Shown here in pieces: positions 43,407 through 51,315 of a DNA stretch of 64,000 bases. The stretch is from Steroidobacteraceae bacterium (GTDB taxonomy: Bacteria > Pseudomonadota > Gammaproteobacteria > Steroidobacterales > Steroidobacteraceae). The notes below the pieces were generated by a model. That model was not told where the DNA came from, did no database searches, and saw only the letters and a program-made list of their open reading frames with translations. The translations under genes were made by a program, and so were the position numbers. Every line of letters begins with the position of its first letter. Position 1 is the first letter of the stretch. The stretch spans positions 13,361-77,360 of the forward strand of contig DATGVL010000048.1 of assembly GCA_035300445.1 (NCBI GenBank). Reading direction: 5' to 3'.

Positions 43407-44683
43407 ACCGGTGCTCGCGGCGCAGGTAGGGCCGGGGCATCGGCGCCGTGCCAGAAGTCGTAGAAGTTGAACCAGTTGTAGGGATCGCTGCGGCAGTACG
43501 CCTCCAGCAGCGCGACGTAGCGCGCGATCGCGGCGCGCACCGCCGCCTCGCGACCGGCGGGATCGGGCCGCGAGAAATCCGCGATCTGCCGGAACACTAC
43601 GTGGTAGTGATTGCCGCCGCGGTACAGGCCCGTCATGAAAATCACCGGGCGCCTCAAGGCGGCGGCGGCGCGCATCGGACCGGAGGGAAACAGCGCCGCA
43701 CGCCCGAGGAAGCTCACGACCTGCGCCGGGGCATCCGCGAGGGTGCGGTCGGCGAGCATCCCGACGAACTTGCCCTCATCCAGACAGTCGCGGATCCGCA
43801 GCATCGCCTCGAGCTGCCCGAGCGCAATGATCTCCGGCGCGCTCACGCGGTTGGCGGCTCGGAAAAATGCGGCGACCCGACTGGCGTTGCGCTCGTACAT
43901 CGCCATGGCCACGCGCAGACCCGGGCGGCGCCGGCCCACCGCGCTCATGATCTCGAAGCTCCCCAGGTGCGCGCCGAGCAGAAACGCCCCGCTGCCGCGC
44001 GCGACCGTGTCGTGCATCAGTTCCTCACCCTCGATCGAGATCGCGAACAGGTCGTAGCGCTCGTGCATCAGATAGAGGCGATCGAGAATGGTCGAGGCAA
44101 AGGCATACACCTGTCGGTAGCGATCGGTGGCGCTGGGCTCGCGTCCGAGCGCCCGGTGCAGGTACGCGCGCGCGCCGCGGCGCGCGCCGGGCGCGAACGC
44201 GAAGAAGTAGGCCGCGATGAGATGCAGGAGGCCGCGCGCCACCGGGCGCCCGAGCCGCAGTGACAGGAAGATCATTATCCTCAGGAGGGTCGCGCTGCCT
44301 CGCTCGGGTGCGTCGGCCCATTGCGCGCCGCTCGCCCGCGGGCCGGCGGGGACGGCAGCGGCCTGCGCGTCATGCGGCTCAGCGGGGACGATCGCGGGCA
44401 CGAGCACCCCGTGCGCCACCGGATGTCCGGCGCTCGCGATATGGAAGCGGATCGACCCATTCGGCCGGGGTTCGTGCTCAAGGGTCAGTGTTTCACCTGG
44501 ACGTACGGGTTTCACGAACTTCGCCGCGCCGATGCGCCAGCGTGTGCCCCCGCACGCCTGCGCCTGCTCCACCGCGCGCAGCATCTCATCGAGCAGCAGC
44601 ACGCCGGGCAGAATCGGCGCGCCGGGAAAGTGTCCGGCGAGCGCCGGGTGCTCCGCGCCGATGGTGACGGTGACGGCGCCCAC
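43403..44683 (-). CDS. Fusion protein: N-terminal hotdog dehydratase plus C-terminal lysophospholipid/lipid A-type acyltransferase (LPLAT)
   Basis: N-terminus HPALAGHFPGAPILPGVLLLDEM is FabZ-like. After an Ala/Pro linker comes an LpxL/HtrB-like domain with HX4E (GAHLGSFE). It is a single uninterrupted 426-aa ORF. Confidence 0.75.
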   Translation of the reverse strand: MGAVTVTIGAEHPALAGHFPGAPILPGVLLLDEMLRAVEQAQACGGTRWRIGAAKFVKPVRPGETLTLEHEPRPNGSIRFHIASAGHPVAHGVLVPAIVPAEPHDAQAAAVPAGPRASGAQWADAPERGSATLLRIMIFLSLRLGRPVARGLLHLIAAYFFAFAPGARRGARAYLHRALGREPSATDRYRQVYAFASTILDRLYLMHERYDLFAISIEGEELMHDTVARGSGAFLLGAHLGSFEIMSAVGRRRPGLRVAMAMYERNASRVAAFFRAANRVSAPEIIALGQLEAMLRIRDCLDEGKFVGMLADRTLADAPAQVVSFLGRAALFPSGPMRAAAALRRPVIFMTGLYRGGNHYHVVFRQIADFSRPDPAGREAAVRAAIARYVALLEAYCRSDPYNWFNFYDFWHGADAPALPAPRAPV

Positions 44684-44692
44684 GGCGGCGTC

Positions 44693-45973
44693 TCACGCTG
44701 ACTTCAGGTGCGTCGCCGCCAGAGACCTCAGGGCCTCCTGCGGGAGCTTGCCGGTGCTGTTGCGCGGCAGGTGCGCCACGAACAGCAGCGGGCGCGGCAG
44801 GAAAACCGGATCGATCCGCCGGCGCAGCTCCTGCACCACCCCCGCCGCATCCAGCTCCGGGGCGACCACGCAGGCGGCGACGCGCGCGACGCCGGCGTGT
44901 GAGGCACGCGGGTCATCGAAGTGGAAGAAGGCGCCATCGAGGACGCCGGGGATGGAATTGAGCTGGTGGTTGAGGTACGCGAGCGAGCTGCGCTTGCCGC
45001 CTATGTTGACCAGATCGGCCACCCGCCCGTGCAGCAGGAAGCTCCCGGGGCCGGTGACTTCCAGCACGTCGCACATGCGCGTCGGCTGCTCGATGTGACC
45101 GCCCTGCGCCCAGGTCTCCCCGTCCCGCGCCGACAGCGTGACACCCGGCCACAGCCGCCACTCGGGGGTGTGCGTCGGACGGCGCACGCTGATCTGGCCC
45201 GTTTCGGTCGAGCCGTAGATCTCCAGCAGCCGGGTGTTGAAACGCTGCTCGACCTCGGCGGCGAGCTGCTGCGCCAGAGCCGCGGTGGAGGATACGATCA
45301 GCTCCGCCGGCGGCAGCGCAATCCCGGACTCCAGCAGTGCGCGCAGGTGAATCGGGGTCGAGATGAGAATCCGCGGGCGCGGCACCGCGGCCAGCACCGC
45401 AGCGATATCGGCGGGGTAGAAGGGACGCTCCGCGCACAGGGCGTGCCCGCACCCGAGCGCGAGCAGCACGCTGGATTCGAAGCCGTACATGTGCTGCGGC
45501 GGCACCGTGGCGACGATGGCGCACGAGGTGCCGGCGGACAGTCCCAGCCGCTTGGCCTCCTCACGCACGCAGGCGATGAGCCGGCCCCAGGTCTTGCGGT
45601 ACGGGAGCGGCGTGCCGGTGGAACCGGAGGTGAACACGCAGGCGGCGAGCTGCGCGGTGTCGATCGCGGGCACGAGCGCCGGGTTCGCCGTGAGCGCGGC
45701 GCCGCCGGGGAACGGCACGCGCGGCAGGTCGATGTCGCAATCGGCCTGGTCGGTGAGGCAGATCACGTCCGGGGCGAAGGCAGTGAGCTGGCGGATGACT
45801 TCGGGGGTGTGCGTCGAGGGCAACAGGCTCACCTTGCCGGACACGAGGCTGGCGGCCAGACCCACCGTGAAGTGATAGCGGTCCGCGCACGCGTTGAGCA
45901 CGTGGGCGCCGGCGCCCAGGACCTGCGCCACCCGGGTGAGGTCGGCGAGAAACTGCCTGGCGAGAATCGGCAC
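44693..45973 (-). CDS. AMP-dependent synthetase/ligase (aryl-acid:ACP ligase, XanA2/ApeH-like)
   Basis: Adenylation core motifs FTSGSTGTPLPYRKTW, YGSTETG, GRVADLVNIGGKR and LPRNSTGKL. Confidence 0.85.
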   Translation of the reverse strand: MPILARQFLADLTRVAQVLGAGAHVLNACADRYHFTVGLAASLVSGKVSLLPSTHTPEVIRQLTAFAPDVICLTDQADCDIDLPRVPFPGGAALTANPALVPAIDTAQLAACVFTSGSTGTPLPYRKTWGRLIACVREEAKRLGLSAGTSCAIVATVPPQHMYGFESSVLLALGCGHALCAERPFYPADIAAVLAAVPRPRILISTPIHLRALLESGIALPPAELIVSSTAALAQQLAAEVEQRFNTRLLEIYGSTETGQISVRRPTHTPEWRLWPGVTLSARDGETWAQGGHIEQPTRMCDVLEVTGPGSFLLHGRVADLVNIGGKRSSLAYLNHQLNSIPGVLDGAFFHFDDPRASHAGVARVAACVVAPELDAAGVVQELRRRIDPVFLPRPLLFVAHLPRNSTGKLPQEALRSLAATHLKSA

Positions 45974-46040
45974 CCCGCCGCGGTAGGCGATGACCGCGTC
46001 GGCGGAGGTGTGCGCTATCAGCGGCAGCGTAGCCAGAGGT

Positions 46041-46346
46041 CTACTTAGTCCTGTGCGCGGTGATGTAGTCGGCGAGCTGGCGCAGCGAGCCGAAGATGTG
46101 CTCGTTCTCCTGGCTGTCGGCGCGCAGCTGCACGCCGTACTGCTTGGATACGACCAGTGCGATTTCCAGGATGTCGATCGAGTCCAGGCCCAGGCCCTCG
46201 CCGTACAAGGGCGCGTCCGGATCGATGTCGGCGGGCGCCACGTCCAGGTTCAGGGCCGCGATGATGAGGCCGGCGACCTCGCGCACGAGTGCGGCGGCGC
46301 TGGCCGGGGCGGTGGGCTGCCGCAGGGGCGACACTTTCTCTGACAT
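46041..46346 (-). CDS. Acyl carrier protein
   Basis: 101 aa with the phosphopantetheine attachment context GLGLDSIDILEIALVV. Confidence 0.88.
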   Translation of the reverse strand: MSEKVSPLRQPTAPASAAALVREVAGLIIAALNLDVAPADIDPDAPLYGEGLGLDSIDILEIALVVSKQYGVQLRADSQENEHIFGSLRQLADYITAHRTK

Positions 46347-46382
46347 GAGACCTTAACGGAGCTTGGGCGTTGGCAGCCGCCA

Positions 46383-47135
46383 TTATACAAGGCGCCGCGC
46401 GATGAGGAGCGGCAGGCGGATCAGGAAGCCGGGAAGGAGCCGCAGGTACATGGATGTCAGCAGCACGTTGTCGCGCCAGTAATTAAAGTGTGAGACGCCA
46501 CCCTCCGCGGCGCTGAAGTAGCGCACCGGGGCCGGCAGGTTGACGGCGGGAACGCCGCGCCAGCTCAGGCGCACCACCGCCTCGGGGTCGAAATCAAAGC
46601 GCCGCATCCAGCGGCTCCTGCGCATCGAGGCGAGGAGCGGCGCGATGGGATAGACACGAAAGCCGAACAGCGTGTCGTGGATTCCGGCCCACAGCGTCTC
46701 GAGATTGGTGGACCAGTTGGCGACCCTGCGTCCGCGCCGGCGGATACGCGGCACGCTGGCATCGAATACCGGCTCGCCGAGAATCATGGCCTGCGGTGCG
46801 GCCATGGAGGCGGCCATGAAGGCAGCGATGCACTGCGCCGGGTGCTGGCCGTCGGAATCCATGGCGAGCGCATGGGTGAAGCCGGCGCGCTGTGCCTCGA
46901 TGAGGCCATCCAGCAGCGCCGCCCCCTTGCCGCCGTTTCTGGCGCGTACCAACACGCGCAGCCGTGGGTCGCTGCGCGCGAGAGCGCCGAACGCCTCGCC
47001 CGAGCCGTCGGTGCTGCCATCCACGATCACCCACACCGGAGCCCACTGTGCCAGTGCGGCGCGCACCGTCTCGACACCCTTGCAGCCCGGGTTGTAGCTC
47101 GGGATCAATACGACGTGAGTGGGGGAGGCAGTCAA
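46383..47135 (-). CDS. Family 2 glycosyltransferase
   Basis: VVLIPSYNPG...VWVIVDGSTDGS and AMDSDGQH DxD-type motifs. Confidence 0.85.
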   Translation of the reverse strand: MTASPTHVVLIPSYNPGCKGVETVRAALAQWAPVWVIVDGSTDGSGEAFGALARSDPRLRVLVRARNGGKGAALLDGLIEAQRAGFTHALAMDSDGQHPAQCIAAFMAASMAAPQAMILGEPVFDASVPRIRRRGRRVANWSTNLETLWAGIHDTLFGFRVYPIAPLLASMRRSRWMRRFDFDPEAVVRLSWRGVPAVNLPAPVRYFSAAEGGVSHFNYWRDNVLLTSMYLRLLPGFLIRLPLLIARRLV

Positions 47136-47968
47136 TCTTCGCTGTCCACGAGCCGTGAAGAGCGCCGGATGATCCAGGCAACACCGAAGCCGCCCGACCA
47201 GTAGCTGTCGCGCCTGACCAGCGGGCTGTCGGCAAAGCTCGCGCCGGCGAGTGTGTCGTGGCGCAGGTACGCGCCCAGCCAGCAGGAGGGGTAGCGCCGC
47301 GTCAGCGCGGCGATGAACTGGGTGCCCGCGTAGCCGCCGTGCGCCTGGAACGCCGGCCGATCGGCCGTCGCGTATTGGGGCGCGACGCTGTAGAAGTAGT
47401 CGTCATAGCGGCGATTGGCGAACAGCGGGCCGGCGAGCAGTCCCAGCTTCCAGCCGTCCGCTCCGCGCCTCTGGGCGATGTCGAGATTGACGTGCGGTGC
47501 GAGGAACAGGCCGACCATCCGCGCAGAGGCCTCGACCGTGAACGCGGCGCGCGCCGGCAGGCGCACGTCGAGCGTGACAAGCGCAGAGGCGCTCTTCCAT
47601 AGGTGCACATCCAGGGACGGCCCGACCTCGAGCGTCGGGCGCAGGTCCGGCATGCCATGCCGCGCCGAGTCGCTGCGCACCGGGGTGGTGCCGTTGACAC
47701 TCAGGTTGAGCGCGATCCGCTCCTGGTCGAGGAGCCTGCCCCGCAGGCCGCGGTGATCGGATCTGAGAAACTTTCCGCGGTACACGAGATACGGCACCGG
47801 CACCGGGTACGCGTGCACCGTATCCGCGCCGCGGTAATCGTTGAATACCAGCGCGCCGGCCCCGAGGCCAAATTCCCACAGCGGCTTGGGCTCGGCGCGC
47901 GCGGCAGCGCAGGCCGCCGCGGCCAGCGCCGCAGCCGTCAGCAGCGGCGCGACTTTCCGGGTGCGCAT
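47132..47968 (-). CDS. MipA/OmpV-family outer-membrane protein
   Basis: Signal peptide (MRTRKVAPLLTAAALAAAACAAARA). LWEFGLGAGALVFNDYRGAD...PVPYLVYRG and alternating beta-strand pattern. Confidence 0.75.
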   Translation of the reverse strand: MRTRKVAPLLTAAALAAAACAAARAEPKPLWEFGLGAGALVFNDYRGADTVHAYPVPVPYLVYRGKFLRSDHRGLRGRLLDQERIALNLSVNGTTPVRSDSARHGMPDLRPTLEVGPSLDVHLWKSASALVTLDVRLPARAAFTVEASARMVGLFLAPHVNLDIAQRRGADGWKLGLLAGPLFANRRYDDYFYSVAPQYATADRPAFQAHGGYAGTQFIAALTRRYPSCWLGAYLRHDTLAGASFADSPLVRRDSYWSGGFGVAWIIRRSSRLVDSED

Positions 47969-47992
47969 GTCAAACGCGGCGCGCGTGCAGCT

Positions 47993-49051
47993 TCAGGCAT
48001 CGGTGTGCAGCGGGCACATTCCGGTCGCTTCGATCTCGACCAGCAGATCCTGGCGGCAAATGTCCGCCTGCAGGTAGATGACCCTGGCGCCGGCGCCGAG
48101 TGCGGCCGCCAGCTCCGCCTTGATGACCGGCAGGTCCGCGGGCCGGCGCACGTACACCTTGCAGGCGAGCGCACCGAGCTCGAAGCGCGCGCTGCGCGCC
48201 ACGCGGTTGGCTTCCGCGAGCAGCGCCTCGATGTTGGCCAGGGTCTCGCGCGTCTGGGCGGCGGTGTCGCCGACGTGGAGGGATCTGTGACCGACGATAC
48301 TCGCGGTGCCGGAGATGAACAGAGCGAGTCCCCCGCTCTGGCGCAGCAGCGTTGCGCGCGAGAACATCGGGCTGTGACTGCCGTACTGCCGCGGGTAATG
48401 GTAGGCGCTCACCTGGCGGGGATTCTCGAGGAAGGTGGGCGCGGTGCGAGCGGCCAGGAAGTACACCACCAGGGGACTGTCGCTGGCGGCGCCGAGCGCG
48501 GAGGCCGCCGGCACGTTGCCGCTCAGCGCGCGGCCGCACTCGCGCAGCACCTGCTGGCGCGCGGTGTTGAACTGCCGGTAGCGCTCGGTGCCGTTGGAAT
48601 CGCGATTGATGTCCGGCAGGTAGTTCCACACGCGCAGCAGGTGCGGGTAGTTCTCCGCATCCAGGGTCGCGCAGATCTCCCGATAGGCCTGGGTCGTGGC
48701 CTCGTGCAGGGCGCTGTGCGGCGGGCCGCGGCCCGCCGGCGGGTGGCATTCGGGCGCTTCGGTCAGGGCGATGCAGCCAAACAGCATGTCGGCGGTGCTG
48801 CGGAAGCGCACCCGCTGGCGCTGGCCGGAGGTGGCCGGCGTGTCGCAGCGCCACACCTCGTAGACCTGCCCGCTGCCGGGCAGCACCGGAGTGCTCACCT
48901 GCGCGACCGGGATTTCCGCCGCCGCGCTCGGCGAATCCCGGGCGCCGTTGAAGGTGGCGACACCCAGCACGTCGCCCCACCGTGCCGCCTGGTACTCGGC
49001 AAGTGAGACGTAGTCCAGATGCAGGCCCGCTAACGCGCGCATCGGCCGCAC
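47993..49051 (-). CDS. xanB2: Chorismatase of the FkbO/Hyg5/XanB2 family (hydroxybenzoate synthase)
   Basis: RVWNYLPDINRDSNGTERYRQFNTAR, ENPRQVSAYHYPRQYGSHSPMFSRA, and a RidA/YjgF-like C-terminus ISGTASIVGHRSLHVGDTAAQTRETLANI...ADICRQDLLVEIE. Confidence 0.8.
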   Translation of the reverse strand: MRPMRALAGLHLDYVSLAEYQAARWGDVLGVATFNGARDSPSAAAEIPVAQVSTPVLPGSGQVYEVWRCDTPATSGQRQRVRFRSTADMLFGCIALTEAPECHPPAGRGPPHSALHEATTQAYREICATLDAENYPHLLRVWNYLPDINRDSNGTERYRQFNTARQQVLRECGRALSGNVPAASALGAASDSPLVVYFLAARTAPTFLENPRQVSAYHYPRQYGSHSPMFSRATLLRQSGGLALFISGTASIVGHRSLHVGDTAAQTRETLANIEALLAEANRVARSARFELGALACKVYVRRPADLPVIKAELAAALGAGARVIYLQADICRQDLLVEIEATGMCPLHTDA

Positions 49052-49062
49052 GATCGAAGCCC

Positions 49063-49437
49063 TTAGTTCTTCGGCTGCGGCTCGTCGGACTTGCGCGTCA
49101 CGGTCGTCTTGACCTTCTCGGCGCCGTCCTTGACCGTCTTGCCGACGGTCTTGGCGCTGTGCGCGACCGCGTGACCTGCCTTCTTCGAGTCATCGCGGAT
49201 CGCGTCCCGGGCCTTGCCGGTCTTCTCGGCGACCGCGTGTCCGGCCTCCTTGGACTTGGCTTTCACCTCGTGTCCGACGGTGCGGGCGCTGTGCGCCACC
49301 GCGTGCCCGACCGTCTTGGCGTCCTCCTTGATGACCGTCTTGGTGTCGGAGGCTGGCGTGCTCTGGGCGTGCGTCCCCGCTCCCCAGGCCAGTGCGAGTG
49401 TGGCGGCCATGGCCGCCCGGAGGAAGTTTGCTTTCAT
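49063..49437 (-). CDS. Small secreted Lys/His-rich repeat protein, unknown function
   Basis: Signal peptide MKANFLRAAMAATLALAWGAGTHA. The mature part holds four units built on K-x-(A/V)-G-H-(A/E)-V (VGHAVAHSARTVGHEVKA, EAGHAVAEKTGKA, KAGHAVAHSAKTVGKTV), and the coding DNA is visibly repetitive. First gene of the co-directional block. Confidence 0.6.
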   Translation of the reverse strand: MKANFLRAAMAATLALAWGAGTHAQSTPASDTKTVIKEDAKTVGHAVAHSARTVGHEVKAKSKEAGHAVAEKTGKARDAIRDDSKKAGHAVAHSAKTVGKTVKDGAEKVKTTVTRKSDEPQPKN

Positions 49438-49562
49438 GACAAAGTATCGTACGACAGTCGCGCGGTGTTTTGCACGGCGTGGCTCCCCACGAGCGTGCGG
49501 CACCCGCCGGCGGGTGGGCAAAACGGTGCCAATCGTCACCTCCTTCGGGCACACTTCGGCGG

Positions 49563-51290
49563 ATGCGCCTCGAGCGGCTGCCGATCTCGGTTCTGCGAAC
49601 CCGTTACGTGCCGGGCGGCTGGGACCTGCTCGCCTTCGTCTTGGTGTGTGCCTTCTTCGTGTATTTCGCCCAGGCGGCGCACGGACTGGCCGGCTCGCTC
49701 ACGCGACTTGAGGCGACGCCGATCTCGCTGGCCCCTGCGGCGCTGGTCGGCTACGCCGCGCGCACTGCGCTGCGCATGCTGATCGCGATGCTGGCGTCGC
49801 TCCTGTTCACCTTTACTTACGCGACGCTCGCCGCCAAGAGCCGGCGGGCCGAACTGATCCTGGTGCCGCTGCTGGACTTCCTGCAGTCGGTGCCGATTCT
49901 GGGCTTCTCGATCACCATCCTGTTCTTCCTGCAGCTCACGCCCGGGCGCGTGGCGGGCGCGGAAATGGCCGCCATCTTCCTGATCTTCACCAGCCAGGCG
50001 TGGAATATGGCGTTCAGCTTCTATCACTCGCTGCGCAGCATTCCGGACGAGCTGGTGGAGGTGGCGCGCAACTTCCAGTTGAGCCCCTGGCTGCGTTTCT
50101 GGCGCCTGGAAGTGCCCTTCGGCATGCCGGCGCTCATCTGGAACATGATGATGTCCATGTCCGGCGGCTGGTTCTTCGTCGTGGCCTCCGAGGCCATCAG
50201 CGTCGGCAACACCACGGTCACCCTGCCGGGCGTCGGCTCCTACATCGCGCTCGCCATCGAGCAGAAGAACCTCGCGGCGATCGGCTGGGCGATCACCGCG
50301 ATGTTCGTGGTCATTCTGATATTCGACCAGCTGCTGTTCCGTCCGCTGACTGCGAGTGCCGACTGGTTCCGCCTCGAGCAGGAGACCGGGCTCACGCCCA
50401 GCCACTCATGGGCGCTCACGATGATGCGCCGCTCGCGCGTTCTCGGCCTCCTCGCCCCCGCGTTCGCCGCCATGCTGCGCGCCGGCGTGAAGCCGCGCGC
50501 GCCGGCGGCGGCGGGTGCGGCGCGTCAGCCCAGCCCCTGGAACGCGCGTTGGGTCGACTACGCCTGGTACGCGCTGCTCGGGCTCCTGGGGCTCACGGCG
50601 CTGTGGAAGACCGCGCGCTTCGTTCTTGCGGAAGTGCACCCGGCGGAGATCGGCCAGGTCATCGTGCTCGGCTTGCTCACGCTGCTGCGCGTGGCAGTGC
50701 TGATCGCGCTCGCCAGCCTCATCTGGGTGCCCGTCGGGGTGTGGGTCGGCTTGCGCCCGCGTGTCGCCAGCATCGTGCAGCCGATCGCGCAGTTCCTGGC
50801 CGCCTTTCCGGCGAACCTGCTGTTTCCCATCGTGGTGTCCGGCATCGTGCTGCACAAGCTGAACCCGAACATCTGGCTGAGCCCGCTCATGATCCTGGGC
50901 ACTCAGTGGTACATTCTTTTCAACGTGATCGTGGGCGCCTCGGCACTCTCGCCGGACCTACGCTACGCCGGGGAGAACCTCGGGGTGCGCGGCTGGCTGT
51001 GGTGGCGCCGGGTCGGCCTGCCGGCGGTGTTCCCGTTCTACATCACCGGCGCCATCACCGCCTCGGGCGGCTCCTGGAATGCGAGCATCGTCGCGGAAGT
51101 GGTCAGCTGGGGTAAGGAGAAGCTCACGGCCCACGGGCTCGGCGCCTATATCGCGGAGGCCACCAGCGCGGCGGACTTCCAGCGCACCGTGCTCGGCATC
51201 GTGGTATTGAGCCTGTTCGTCGTCACGCTGAACCGGCTGTTCTGGCGGCCGCTGTATGCGCGCGCCGAGCGCAAGTTCCGCATCAGCTGA
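49563..51290 (+). CDS. ABC transporter permease with duplicated transmembrane domain (nitrate/sulfonate/bicarbonate-like family)
   Basis: About 575 aa with two BPD-transporter-like halves, each containing an EAA-like loop region (EVARNFQLSPWLRFWRLEVP and YAGENLGVRGWLWWRRVGLP). Confidence 0.8.
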   Translation: MRLERLPISVLRTRYVPGGWDLLAFVLVCAFFVYFAQAAHGLAGSLTRLEATPISLAPAALVGYAARTALRMLIAMLASLLFTFTYATLAAKSRRAELILVPLLDFLQSVPILGFSITILFFLQLTPGRVAGAEMAAIFLIFTSQAWNMAFSFYHSLRSIPDELVEVARNFQLSPWLRFWRLEVPFGMPALIWNMMMSMSGGWFFVVASEAISVGNTTVTLPGVGSYIALAIEQKNLAAIGWAITAMFVVILIFDQLLFRPLTASADWFRLEQETGLTPSHSWALTMMRRSRVLGLLAPAFAAMLRAGVKPRAPAAAGAARQPSPWNARWVDYAWYALLGLLGLTALWKTARFVLAEVHPAEIGQVIVLGLLTLLRVAVLIALASLIWVPVGVWVGLRPRVASIVQPIAQFLAAFPANLLFPIVVSGIVLHKLNPNIWLSPLMILGTQWYILFNVIVGASALSPDLRYAGENLGVRGWLWWRRVGLPAVFPFYITGAITASGGSWNASIVAEVVSWGKEKLTAHGLGAYIAEATSAADFQRTVLGIVVLSLFVVTLNRLFWRPLYARAERKFRIS

Positions 51291-51315
51291 AGGACCCTCA
51301 GGTGAGGAGAATACC

